A stretch of DNA of 64,000 nt from an uncultured Gemmatimonadales bacterium (GTDB lineage: Bacteria > Gemmatimonadota > Gemmatimonadetes > Longimicrobiales > RSA9). Location of the stretch: positions 576,001 to 640,000 of the forward strand of contig CAWCUS010000002.1 of NCBI GenBank assembly GCA_963798845.1. The letters run 5' to 3'. The translations under genes were made by a program, and so were the position numbers. This document shows positions 1 to 9,198 of the stretch, one piece after another; within the stretch, counting starts at the first letter, position 1, and each line of letters begins with the position of its first letter. The notes under the pieces are model-generated. The model saw nothing but the letters and a program-made list of their open reading frames with translations. It ran no database searches and was not told where the DNA came from.

Positions 1-948
1 ATCTACCTCCAGCTCGCGGCCATGGGCATCACGCCAGAGATGATCGCGAACGAGCGGGATCGTCTGCAGGGCGCGCTGGAGCACTCGCTCAACCCCGACT
101 TCGACCCGCGCCCAATCGTGGGCGACGACTACGCCGACCTGACTCAGCGCCACTACGGCAACACCGACGTGGTCGGCCCCGAGGCGGAGCACGGCACCGG
201 CGTGGCCGGGATCATCGCCGCGGTGCGCGGCAACGGGATCGGCCAGGACGGGGTCGCGCCGAGCGCCCGCATCATGGTCGTGCGCACCGTCCCGGACGGT
301 GATGAGCGCGACAAGGACGTCGCCAACGCCATCCGCTACGCCGTGGACAACGGAGCGAATGTCATCAACATGAGCTTCGGCAAGGGCTTCTCCCCCGGGA
401 AGCCGGCGGTGGACGCGGCGGTGCGGTACGCGGAGTCCAAAGGCGTGCTGCTGGTCCACGCGGCCGGCAACGAGGGCGAGGACCTGGCGGTGGCCGGGAA
501 CTACCCGAACCGCTTCTACGCCGATGGCGGCGAGGCGTCGAACTGGATCGAGGTCGGCGCGTCGGACTGGCACGGCGGCGAAGGGCTGGCCGCCTCGTTC
601 AGCAACTACGGTCAGAAGCAGGTGGACGTCTTCGCCCCCGGCGTTTCCATCACGACCACCGCACCGGGAAACGACTACCAGACGGGCGACGGCACCAGCT
701 TCGCCGCGCCGGTGGTCACCGGCGTCGCCGCGCTCATCATGGCGTACTACCCGGAGCTGACCGCGCAGCAGGTCCGGCAGGTCATCCTGGACTCCGCTCG
801 GCCGTACGGCTCGACCCAGGTGGACGTCCCCGGCTCGCCCGGCGAACGCACGCCCTTCAGCCGTCTTTCCGCCACCGGCGGCGTCGTGGACGCGCGCGCC
901 GCGCTCGAGCTGGCCGCGAAGGTCGCGGCGGGCGGCGGGGGCAAGTAG
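1..948 (+). CDS. S8 family (subtilisin-like) serine peptidase, 5'-truncated by window edge
   Basis: HGTGVAGII (catalytic His), AAGNEG oxyanion motif, GTSFAAP (catalytic Ser); frame is open from base 1. Confidence 0.93.
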   Translation: MYLQLAAMGITPEMIANERDRLQGALEHSLNPDFDPRPIVGDDYADLTQRHYGNTDVVGPEAEHGTGVAGIIAAVRGNGIGQDGVAPSARIMVVRTVPDGDERDKDVANAIRYAVDNGANVINMSFGKGFSPGKPAVDAAVRYAESKGVLLVHAAGNEGEDLAVAGNYPNRFYADGGEASNWIEVGASDWHGGEGLAASFSNYGQKQVDVFAPGVSITTTAPGNDYQTGDGTSFAAPVVTGVAALIMAYYPELTAQQVRQVILDSARPYGSTQVDVPGSPGERTPFSRLSATGGVVDARAALELAAKVAAGGGGK

Positions 949-1021
949 GCCGCGACCAGCACCTGCGTCCACGCGGGGCCGGGGCGCGACGCCGTGCGGG
1001 CGTCGCGCCCCGTTGCCGGCT

Positions 1022-1375
1022 TCAGCTCCGGCCCTTCACGCGCACCAGGTACGCCCCGCTCCCGAGATCGACGGCCCATTCGGCGACCCGGTGCGCCAGC
1101 CACCCGTTCAGCGCGTCGCGCACCACGCCCTGGAGAACCGGCTGGCCAGGTGAGCCAAGGCCCCGGCCCGTGATCACGCGCACGACGTCACCGGGCGCGC
1201 TCGCCGCGACGCGGCCCAGGAACATCTCCAGCCGGCGCTCGGCCTCGTCTGCGCTCGAGCCGTGCAGGTCCAGCTCGTCGGCGACGATGGCCGAGTGAAG
1301 CGTGCGCGGCACGGCCGACGGCGCCGACGCGTCCGGCCCCGGCCTCTCCTTCTTCCGCTTCCGCTTCCTGCCCAC
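1022..1375 (-). CDS. Stand-alone Smr/MutS2 domain protein
   Basis: LDLHG and VITGRG motifs, GAYLV at C-terminus; GTG start at 1375 with GGAGGG RBS; Lys/Arg-rich N-terminus. Confidence 0.88.
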   Translation of the reverse strand: MGRKRKRKKERPGPDASAPSAVPRTLHSAIVADELDLHGSSADEAERRLEMFLGRVAASAPGDVVRVITGRGLGSPGQPVLQGVVRDALNGWLAHRVAEWAVDLGSGAYLVRVKGRS

Positions 1376-1458
1376 GTCCCCCTCCGCCGTTGTTCGCGTC
1401 CGTCGCGGGCTCGCGTGAAGCCGTGCCCGACGTCCTCCGCCCTCCCGGCGCCCTGGCG

Positions 1459-2763
1459 CTACCGAAGCCTGTAGATCAGCAGCGCCGCGCGCTCCGCAGA
1501 CTTCGCGATGGAGGCGAGGTCCACGTCCTCGTCGGGCGTGTGGGCGCCCTCCCCCTCGACGCCGAGCCCCCCCAGCGCGCCGAGCGCAACGTGCCCCGCC
1601 GCGAAGGACAGGTCGGAGGCGCCGCGGCCGCCCGGGTCGAACTCGACCACGGCGCCGTAGCCCAGGTCGCGGCTTGCCCGGTCGTAGAGGGAGAGGAGCT
1701 GCCGGTTCCCGGCCGTGGGCGGCATGCCGGGATAGCCGTCGAAGAAGGTGATCGCGGCGGTCGTCCCGGGGAGGTGCCGGGCGACGATCGCCTCCATTCG
1801 GAGCCGGGCGCTCGCCAGCTGCTCGTCGCTGATGGTCCGGATGCCGCCGTGCACCACCACGCGCTGCGCCACGATGTTCGTCTTGGACGACGCGCTGCCC
1901 CGCACGGTCTCCGGGTCGTAGTCGACATCCGTCCCGCCCACGATCACGGCCGGGTTGAACGTCAGGTACTCCTCCCCTTTCAGCTCGGTGTAGAACGCGT
2001 CCAGGATGCGGGCGGCCTCGAACACGGCCCCGGCGCCCGTCTCCCCGGAGAAGATCCCGGACGAGTGCGCCGTGTGGCCGCCGACCTCCAGCAGCCAGGT
2101 GGTCGAGCCGCGGCGGGCGGTGCTGGCGAAGTCGTGCTCGTCGCCGGAAATGGCAGTCTCGAACTCCAGGGCGACGTCGCTCGAGTCGGCCAGCGCCACC
2201 AGCGGAGCCCGGGCATCGGCGAGCGGCTCGCCCGGCGACTCCTCGTCTCCCGTGAAGATGACGCGGATGGTCCGCCCTTCCAGCGCGCCGACCGCCCGGA
2301 GCGCCCGCAGCGCCATGAGGATGGCGGTGTTGCCGCCCTTCATGTCGTTGACGCCCGGCCCCCTCGCCGTCATGCCGTCGCGCTCGAACCACCCCTCGCC
2401 CTCGAGCGCCGTGTCGAGGTGGCCGATGAGGAGGATGCGCTTGCCGACGGGCCCGGTGCGTTCGGCGACGAGGTGGCCGGCGCGCCCCACGGCGCCGCCC
2501 GGGATCCAGCGCACGCCGAAGCCGAGGCTCCGGAGCTCCGGGCCCATCATCCCGGCAAGACGGCGGATGCCGGCGGTGTCCTGTGTTCCGCTGCCGATGC
2601 GCACCTGCCGGGCGAGGAGATCGATGCCTTCGTCCTCGTGGTCGCGGATGTAGCGCGAGATCTGGCGCTCCCGGGCGTCGAGCTGGGCGAGGAGCGGGGC
2701 GGGCGGCGCGGCCACGAGCAGCGCGGCGGCCAGGGCGGCGGAAACGGCGGCGAGTCTGATCAT
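1459..2763 (-). CDS. Secreted M20/M25/M40 metallopeptidase (glutamate carboxypeptidase-like)
   Basis: Signal peptide; GHLDT, GVNDMKGG, GDEE, GAHTPDE metal-ligand motifs. Confidence 0.92.
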   Translation of the reverse strand: MIRLAAVSAALAAALLVAAPPAPLLAQLDARERQISRYIRDHEDEGIDLLARQVRIGSGTQDTAGIRRLAGMMGPELRSLGFGVRWIPGGAVGRAGHLVAERTGPVGKRILLIGHLDTALEGEGWFERDGMTARGPGVNDMKGGNTAILMALRALRAVGALEGRTIRVIFTGDEESPGEPLADARAPLVALADSSDVALEFETAISGDEHDFASTARRGSTTWLLEVGGHTAHSSGIFSGETGAGAVFEAARILDAFYTELKGEEYLTFNPAVIVGGTDVDYDPETVRGSASSKTNIVAQRVVVHGGIRTISDEQLASARLRMEAIVARHLPGTTAAITFFDGYPGMPPTAGNRQLLSLYDRASRDLGYGAVVEFDPGGRGASDLSFAAGHVALGALGGLGVEGEGAHTPDEDVDLASIAKSAERAALLIYRLR

Positions 2764-2843
2764 GAGGCCAGTGTCGGGGACGGGGACCAGGCGCGCAACC
2801 GCACGTCCACGCGCCGGATGACGGCACGCGCTATATTGCCGCC

Positions 2844-3098
2844 ATGCCGAACTGCACACACGAAGACGCGATCCGCGACGTCACCCCCAGCGGTGACGGC
2901 TGCAAGGAGTGCCTGGAGACCGGCGACGCGTGGGTTCACCTCCGCCTCTGTCTCACGTGTGGCCACGTCGGGTGCTGCGACTCGTCGAAGAACCGCCACG
3001 CGAGCAAGCACGCCCGCGACGCCGGCCACCCCATTGTCCAGAGCTTCGAGCCGGGCGAGACCTGGCGGTGGTGCTACGTGGACCGGACGGAAGTCTGA
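2844..3098 (+). CDS. UBP-type (BUZ) zinc finger protein
   Basis: C-x-H...CKEC...WVHLRLCLTCGHVGCCDSS...HASKH...WRWCY pattern. Confidence 0.93.
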   Translation: MPNCTHEDAIRDVTPSGDGCKECLETGDAWVHLRLCLTCGHVGCCDSSKNRHASKHARDAGHPIVQSFEPGETWRWCYVDRTEV

Positions 3099-3119
3099 CC
3101 CGCGGCCTCGCGCCGCGGG
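3099..3119. terminator. GC hairpin between convergent genes
   Basis: cccgcggc-ctcgc-gccgcggg inverted repeat directly after the stop codon. Confidence 0.4.
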
Positions 3120-3149
3120 CTGCCCCCGCGGTCTCGCGACGTCAGGCCG

Positions 3150-3557
3150 CTACTTCTTCTTCCGCTTCGCCTGACCCTTCCGCTTTCCGCCTCCGCTGAC
3201 CGTGGCGGCCATCGCTTCGAACGCCGCACGCTGGCGGTGGAAGCGCCACCAGAGGAAGAGAACGGCGCCGGCGATCACCTCTACGATGACGCCGGCGACC
3301 ACCGACCAGGCGAACAGCACCGCCCCGAGGATCAGGAGGACGATGCCGGCGCTCAGGAACGCGACCCGCCAGTTCCGCATCATCCGGTAGGACTCGTCGG
3401 GCGTCCGCTCGGCGAACATCTCGATGAGCTTCTCCTGCGTCGCGCTCACCTCGCCGAACTGCTGCTTCGCCCGCTGTTTCTTCAGCTGAGGCGGCTCCTT
3501 GCCGGGCCTGAATCCGCGGATCTGCGGCTGCGGCCCCTGTCCCCTGCGACGCGACAT
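3150..3557 (-). CDS. Hypothetical basic membrane protein (2 TM helices)
   Basis: CAGGAG RBS, high-GC3 codons, hydrophobic hairpin, Lys/Arg-rich termini. Confidence 0.8.
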   Translation of the reverse strand: MSRRRGQGPQPQIRGFRPGKEPPQLKKQRAKQQFGEVSATQEKLIEMFAERTPDESYRMMRNWRVAFLSAGIVLLILGAVLFAWSVVAGVIVEVIAGAVLFLWWRFHRQRAAFEAMAATVSGGGKRKGQAKRKKK

Positions 3558-3668
3558 TTATGCTGCTCCTGTGGCTCCGAGTCCCCGCTGGCGTACCGGT
3601 GAAGGTACCCGCAACCGGCACACCAGCAAGGGGGCGATGCGCGCAGGGGAGGCGCAGCCCGCCCAGGC

Positions 3669-3758
3669 TCAGGAGAGGCTGGCGAGCAGCCGGTCGAGCG
3701 CGGCGTAGCTCTCGTTGAGCCCGCCCTCCATCCCAGTGCGCCCGGTACCGCGATCCAT
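3669..3758 (-). pseudogene. C-terminal remnant of an SRPBCC/AHSA1-family gene
   Basis: Translates TGMEGGLNESYAALDRLLASLS*, resembling the terminal helix of SRPBCC proteins; no matching N-terminal part upstream. Confidence 0.55.
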
Positions 3759-3850
3759 TCGTTCAAGAAGACGGCCAGGGGAACGCTGCCCGTCGGCTCC
3801 CGGATTCACCGGGGTGGTGCGCGCGGGCAGGAGAGGGACAGGTTGATCCG

Positions 3851-3927
3851 CAGCAGGCAGCAGGCAGCAGGCAGCAGGCAGCAGGCAGCAGGCAGCAGTC
3901 AGCAGGCAGCAGGCAGCAGGCAGCAGG
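3851..3927. repeat. Heptamer tandem repeat (CAGCAGG)x11
   Basis: 11 consecutive units, unit 7 is CAGCAGT; degenerate heptamers continue to about 3970. Confidence 0.97.
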
Positions 3928-3988
3928 GTGGCATGCGGCCGCCGGCTGGCGGCAGGCGGCAGGTGGCAGATCCGGAAGGAGGGGCGAG

Positions 3989-4228
3989 ATGCCGGTGGTT
4001 CTGGACGAGGAGCGGCGGAAGCGGATGAAGGCGAGCCTCCAGGGGCTGTACCTTGAGGAGTTCGACGAGGAGCTGAGCGATTTCCGGGCAGAGCGGGTGC
4101 TGGACTTCTTCCTCGAGACGGTCGGTCCCCAGGTGTACAACCAGGCCGTCCAGGATGCCCGCGGCTGGATGCACCGGAAGCTGGACGACCTGGACGGCGA
4201 GGTCTACGTCGCGGCCCGGCCCGTGTGA
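3989..4228 (+). CDS. DUF2164 family protein
   Basis: 79 aa; FRAERVLDFF...GPQVYNQAVQDA signature; AAGGAGG RBS. Confidence 0.85.
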   Translation: MPVVLDEERRKRMKASLQGLYLEEFDEELSDFRAERVLDFFLETVGPQVYNQAVQDARGWMHRKLDDLDGEVYVAARPV

Positions 4229-4333
4229 GGAGGACGCGCCCCGTCGCCAAGGAGGCGCGGGCGCGGGCGCTGCACGGCGAGGTGCTTGCCTCTCCGTGAG
4301 CGTGGAACTGGGGGTACCGAGAAAGGACGGGCC

Positions 4334-4921
4334 ATGAAGTGGATGCGTGGCGTTTGGCTGGTGGCGGTGGGCGTGCTGTTGCCGGGCGGCTGCGCGCACG
4401 GGCGGCAGGAGCCGGAGGTGCGCAAGGGAGCCGACCCGGTCCAGATGCGCGTGCGTCGGATCGTCGGCACGGATACGCAGGTCGTGCGCGTGCGGCCCGT
4501 TTCGGTGGACAGCGTGACGCTCGCCGTACCGACCGACTCGGCAGGCCCGGGGCCGGGGGAGTGCGCGCAGCCGGTGACCATCGATGGGGACCGGGTGCTC
4601 AGGCTGCGCTGGCCCGATGACAATGGGGGCGGGAGGCGCTCCGTGTCGGTGACGCTCGACTCGGCGGGCGACGTCGTTTCCTACAGCGACGCCCGCGGCT
4701 CGTCGCTGGACCGCCAGCCCGTCGACGCCTCGGCACCCGGGACGATCATCATGCTGGCGTTCGGCCGCAGGCAGGCCCTCGTGATGAACCGGGGCGGCAA
4801 AGACGCGGGGAGCTTCGTGGTCCCGTTCGGCGACGCGCTCCGCTCCTCCCGGCTGGACCGTCCCCGCGAGCGGATCCGCGAGATCCTGCGCCGGTGCCGC
4901 GGCGACGCGGGTGCGCGGTGA
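4334..4921 (+). CDS. Hypothetical lipoprotein
   Basis: AAGGA RBS, MKWMR plus hydrophobic stretch and LPGGC lipobox-like end. Confidence 0.7.
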   Translation: MKWMRGVWLVAVGVLLPGGCAHGRQEPEVRKGADPVQMRVRRIVGTDTQVVRVRPVSVDSVTLAVPTDSAGPGPGECAQPVTIDGDRVLRLRWPDDNGGGRRSVSVTLDSAGDVVSYSDARGSSLDRQPVDASAPGTIIMLAFGRRQALVMNRGGKDAGSFVVPFGDALRSSRLDRPRERIREILRRCRGDAGAR

Positions 4922-4961
4922 CGCGGGCGCCCCATGTCCGTGGGCCGGGGCGGCAAGCTCC

Positions 4962-6395
4962 TCAGTCGCCGCCCGCGCAGAAGCGCGCCATCTCTTTCGA
5001 CGCCCGCTCGCTGCGGACGGCCACGCCGTCGAAGGCGCGGCAGACAGCGCGCGCACCGGGCTGGATCCGGTGGGCGAGCTCCAGCGACCGAACGGCGGCC
5101 GCCGTGTCGCCCCGGGCCAGCAGCGCGCGCGGAATGTAGAAACCCGCGTTGACGTAGGCGAGCGCGAGCGAGCGCGCCGCGGCCTGGGCACCGAGCGTGT
5201 CGCTGTCCGTCAACCGGCGGTGTAGCGCATCCAGGTCGAGATCCCGCGCCAACGTGGAAAGCGACGGCACGTCCCGCCCCTCCAGCGCCCGCGTGACCGC
5301 CTCGACCCTCGCGAGCGCCCGGGTCTCCCTGTCGATCCAGCGGTGCAGCGCCTCCCCGGTACGGCGCACGTCTCGCGCCCGGCCGAGGCGCGCGGCCGCC
5401 GCTCCCGCAGAGTCGACCGCGGCACCGAGCCCCGCGTCCAGCCCCTGGAAGCTCGCCGCCAGTCGGGAGTAGGCGAGGAACGCGTCGTGAAGGCGACCTG
5501 CGTCCTCGGCCGTGGCGGCCGCATCCCGCCCGGCGCTGAAGCGCGCCCGCACCCAGGACGAGTCGACCGGCGCGAGGCCCGTCCGCTGGGCGAGCAGCTC
5601 GAGCCACTCCACCGCGTCCCCGGCCACCGACGCCGGCGGCCAGCCGTGCGGCCCCGGGTACGACACCACCGCGTGGTCGACGCGCCGGCCGTCCAGCATC
5701 TCCGCGGCGTGCCACACCTCACCGTAATTGAAGTCGAGCGTGCCCGCGCCGAGGAACGCCGGCGGCAATGGCTTCCCCTCGGCTTCCAGCACCAGGCGCA
5801 TGGAGGGAAGGAGCGCCGCACCGAGGCTGACAATGGCGGGGAAGTGGTCGGGCGAGGAGGAGGCGAGGAGCCACGCCAGCCGCGCGGTGCCGGAAAAGCC
5901 GACCAGATAGAGGCGGTGGAGATCCAGCGACAGCGTCGCGGCGGCATCGTTGACCATCGCCTCCACGGCCGCCTCGCTGTCCTCGAATGACGTGGGGCGG
6001 TCACTGCTGGTGTCGTACGAGCTGAGGATGACGTACCCGAGGTTCGAAGCCGCGGGGCGGAACACCTCGAGCGGCAGCAGCGCCCGGCCGCGCGGGTCCA
6101 TCAGGATCAACGCCGGCCACGATCGCGCGCCGTCGTACGCGGGCGGAAGGAACAGGGCGTAGCTCCTGGTCGTGTCCGCCGACGTCACGCGCCGCGGCAC
6201 GAGGACACCCGCTGCAGCGGCGTCAGCCCCGGCCTGCTGCGCCTGGGCGGGGGAGGGGAGCGCGATCATGGCCGCGGCGAAGCGCGCGGCCAGCGCGGTC
6301 AGGACGGCCCGAACGGAGGAGCGTCGAAGCGGGGCGTTCACGGAAAGAGAACGCGCCTGGCGCAGAGGCCGTGACGCGACCCCGGTCCGTGTCAT
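4962..6395 (-). CDS. Secreted alpha/beta-hydrolase (esterase/PHB depolymerase-like) with helical C-terminal region
   Basis: SYALFLPPAYD, RLYLVGFSG nucleophile elbow, GPHGWP; start overlaps upstream stop (ATGA). Confidence 0.75.
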   Translation of the reverse strand: MTRTGVASRPLRQARSLSVNAPLRRSSVRAVLTALAARFAAAMIALPSPAQAQQAGADAAAAGVLVPRRVTSADTTRSYALFLPPAYDGARSWPALILMDPRGRALLPLEVFRPAASNLGYVILSSYDTSSDRPTSFEDSEAAVEAMVNDAAATLSLDLHRLYLVGFSGTARLAWLLASSSPDHFPAIVSLGAALLPSMRLVLEAEGKPLPPAFLGAGTLDFNYGEVWHAAEMLDGRRVDHAVVSYPGPHGWPPASVAGDAVEWLELLAQRTGLAPVDSSWVRARFSAGRDAAATAEDAGRLHDAFLAYSRLAASFQGLDAGLGAAVDSAGAAAARLGRARDVRRTGEALHRWIDRETRALARVEAVTRALEGRDVPSLSTLARDLDLDALHRRLTDSDTLGAQAAARSLALAYVNAGFYIPRALLARGDTAAAVRSLELAHRIQPGARAVCRAFDGVAVRSERASKEMARFCAGGD

Positions 6396-6712
6396 TCCTC
6401 CGGCTCCTCGTCCTCGCTCGCTTCCAGACCCACCACCTCGCCTTCGAGCCCCATGGCCTCCAGCCGGTCCACGCGGGCGTCCACCACGGCGAACGTCGTG
6501 ATCAGGATGAGGAAGAGGTCGACGAGGAAGATCCCCGTTCCGACGAAGCTGAGCCAGCCGCCGTCGCCGAACCAGATGACGGCCGCGGCGCCCAGGGCGA
6601 CGGAGAACGTGCCGAGCACCGAGAGCCGGGACCGGAGCGTGGGGCGGGGGGGGTGGCCCCAGTGTCGCTCGGGGAGGAGCAGCCCTTCCCTCTTCAGCTC
6701 TTCCAGCGGCAT
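6392..6712 (-). CDS. Small hypothetical membrane protein (106 aa, 2 TM)
   Basis: MPLEELKREGLLLPERHWG..., two hydrophobic helices; start and stop overlap both neighbours. Confidence 0.78.
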   Translation of the reverse strand: MPLEELKREGLLLPERHWGHPPRPTLRSRLSVLGTFSVALGAAAVIWFGDGGWLSFVGTGIFLVDLFLILITTFAVVDARVDRLEAMGLEGEVVGLEASEDEEPEE

Positions 6713-9198
6713 CAGTCTTCCCCCTCCGCCGGCGGCTCCGCGGGGACGGGCGCGTCGGCCTTGCCAGCCCGCCGACCGGCTTCCTTGGTTTCGGCGGGCG
6801 CCTGCGCCTGGTCGCGGAAGAATTCGAAGAAGGACTGGACCTGGAAGTGGAGTCCGCCCGTGCGCCGCTTGACGGCGACGGTGGGGCAGTGGGCGCTCTG
6901 GGCGAGCGTCCACGTGACCTTGCCGAGGACGTGGCGGCCGCCGATGCCACCCGGGCCGGCGCCCAGGACCAGGAGGTCGTAGCCCTGGCTCATGGCCCGG
7001 ATCCGGTCCACCGGGGCGTTGGAGTACTCCGCGCGGAAGTGGACGGTGAGCCCGTCCAGCTCCACCGGCTCTTCCCAGGCGTCGAGCTCCACGCCGGCCG
7101 CTTCGCCCACGGCGTGCGCCATCTCCAGGACGCGCTCCTCCACGGTGTCCCGGTGAGTATCCTCCGGGAAGATCGTGACCACGTCGATGACCTCGGCGTC
7201 CATGGCGCGGGAAAGGCCGTACCCCACGGCGAACGCGACCTGCGCCTGGAGCGGGTTCGAGGCGGGGAACAGCACGCGTCGAACGGGTCGATCCACGTTC
7301 TGGATCACCACGAAGTTGGAGTTCGCCTGCCTCAGGATCGCGTCCAGGTTGCTCCCGAGCACGCGGTTGCGCCCTCGCGTGTGGCCGCGCCAGCCGAGCA
7401 CGCAGAAGTCCGCGCGGCGCGTCTCGATGGTGCGGATGATGGCCGTGGCCGGGCGGTGGGCGAGGCGGACGACGAGCTCCACCTCGACGCCCAGGTCGCG
7501 CAGCATGCGGGCGACGCCCCGCACTTCCTCCCGCCCCTCCTCCACCAGCCGCAGCCCGGCGGAGATCGGTAGCTGCTCGGGAACCGTGACCACGTGCAGG
7601 AGGAGCACGTGGCGGTCCAGCGAGCGGGCGATCCCCGCAGCGGTGCGCACCAGCCCTTCCACACCGTACGGCCGCGCGATGGGCAGGACCACGGGCGGCT
7701 TGCCCGACGTCTCCAGCACGGTCCGCTCCGCCACCACCACCGGGACGGGCTCGAGGTCGCGCACGCGACGTCGCGAGTACAGGAAGTAGACCGCACCGCC
7801 GGCGGCGAGCCACCCCACGGCCGTGAGCAGCACCCCCGTGCTGAAGTGGAGCATTTGGCTCGCGATGACCGCCTGTATCGCTATGGCCAGGAGCGGCACC
7901 GCGGGGAAGAAGGGGGTGACGTACCCGTAGGCCATTCTGTCGCCGTAGCGCCAGCGGATGAACACCGAGGACGCGTTCACCATGAAGAAGAGGAGCAGGA
8001 ACATGAGCGACGCCGAAGCGGCCACGCCCTCCAGCGGGAGCGCCACCAGCATGAACAGGATCAGCGCGCCACTCCCCGCCAGCGCCAGGTGCGGGGTCCT
8101 CCGCTCCGGGTGGATGCGTGAGAAGAAGCCGGGGAGGAAGCGGTCGCGCCCCATGGCGAAGCTCACGCGGGTGGCGGAGAACGTCGTCGCATTGAGGGCG
8201 CTCATGGTGGAGAGCAGGCCGCCCAGGAGGATCACGATGTTGCCGTATGGCATGACCTGCGCGGCCGCGCGCGCCAGCCCCAGCTCCTTCACGTCCCCCA
8301 GCCACTGCCACGTCGAGGGCTCCCCGGGCGGCGGGTCGATGGCGCCCAGCAGCGCGATGCTCACCAGCAGGTAGGTGGGAATGACGATGATCATGGCCGT
8401 GACCACCGCCTTCGGGATCGTGCGTTTCGGGTCCTTCACCTCCTCCCCCGCCTGGACGATGACCTCGAACCCCTCGAACGCCACGTACGTGATCCCCATG
8501 GCCAGGAACACGCCAGCCAAACCGTTGGGCGCGAACGGCTTGAACGCCGCCAACCGCTCCGGATTGTGCAGCAGCACCAGCAGCCCGCCGCCCACGAAGA
8601 GGAAGATCACCAGCACCTTCGCCATGGTGACGAACCGGCCCGCGGCGCCCGTCTCGCTGGCGCCCCGGAAGTTGATGAAGAAGAAGACCAGCGCGATGGC
8701 CACGCCGAAGGCGAGCTCCGGCGCGTTGTGCGGGAGCGCCGCCATGAATCCGGCCGCGGACAGGTCCAGGCCGCCCACGCGCAGGATCTCCACCAGAAAG
8801 CTGCCGAATCCGAGCGCGTAGAGGCTCCCCGCCACGGAGTGGGCGAACCAGCTCATCGACCCGGCGAGGAAGCTGAACGGACCGGGGAGCGCCTGGCGGA
8901 TGAACACGTAGCTCCCGCCCGCCGATGGCATGGCGCTCCCCAGCTCCGCGTAGACCAGGGCCGTGAGCAGGGCGACGATCCCGTTCAGCACGAACGCCAG
9001 GAGCAGCGCCGGCCCCGCGCGTCCGGCGGCGGACCCCACCAGCACGAAGATGCCCGCCCCGATCATGGCGCCCACGCCGATGAGCGTGACGTCCCAGAAG
9101 CCCAGGTCCCGGGTCAGCTCGACTGAGCCGCCACCCGCCGGCCCGCCGCCTGCTCCACCGCCACCGCTGCCGCGGCGGCCGGCGTCGCTCACGACCAC
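6712..9198 (-). CDS. APC-family amino acid permease with C-terminal universal stress protein (USP) domains
   Basis: LIGVGAMIGAGIF, PSAGGSY, FEGFE..AGEEVKDPKRTIP; about 12 TMs then LGWRG...VLGS USP-like region. Confidence 0.92.
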   Translation of the reverse strand: MVVSDAGRRGSGGGGAGGGPAGGGSVELTRDLGFWDVTLIGVGAMIGAGIFVLVGSAAGRAGPALLLAFVLNGIVALLTALVYAELGSAMPSAGGSYVFIRQALPGPFSFLAGSMSWFAHSVAGSLYALGFGSFLVEILRVGGLDLSAAGFMAALPHNAPELAFGVAIALVFFFINFRGASETGAAGRFVTMAKVLVIFLFVGGGLLVLLHNPERLAAFKPFAPNGLAGVFLAMGITYVAFEGFEVIVQAGEEVKDPKRTIPKAVVTAMIIVIPTYLLVSIALLGAIDPPPGEPSTWQWLGDVKELGLARAAAQVMPYGNIVILLGGLLSTMSALNATTFSATRVSFAMGRDRFLPGFFSRIHPERRTPHLALAGSGALILFMLVALPLEGVAASASLMFLLLFFMVNASSVFIRWRYGDRMAYGYVTPFFPAVPLLAIAIQAVIASQMLHFSTGVLLTAVGWLAAGGAVYFLYSRRRVRDLEPVPVVVAERTVLETSGKPPVVLPIARPYGVEGLVRTAAGIARSLDRHVLLLHVVTVPEQLPISAGLRLVEEGREEVRGVARMLRDLGVEVELVVRLAHRPATAIIRTIETRRADFCVLGWRGHTRGRNRVLGSNLDAILRQANSNFVVIQNVDRPVRRVLFPASNPLQAQVAFAVGYGLSRAMDAEVIDVVTIFPEDTHRDTVEERVLEMAHAVGEAAGVELDAWEEPVELDGLTVHFRAEYSNAPVDRIRAMSQGYDLLVLGAGPGGIGGRHVLGKVTWTLAQSAHCPTVAVKRRTGGLHFQVQSFFEFFRDQAQAPAETKEAGRRAGKADAPVPAEPPAEGED

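Noticed and set aside
3760..3850. tRNA or SRP-like RNA
   Set aside because: Some stems but no T-loop, anticodon arm or SRP consensus
3851..3970. CRISPR array, or coding CLLPAA repeat protein
   Set aside because: No spacers or cas genes; the peptide repeats are just translations of the heptamer
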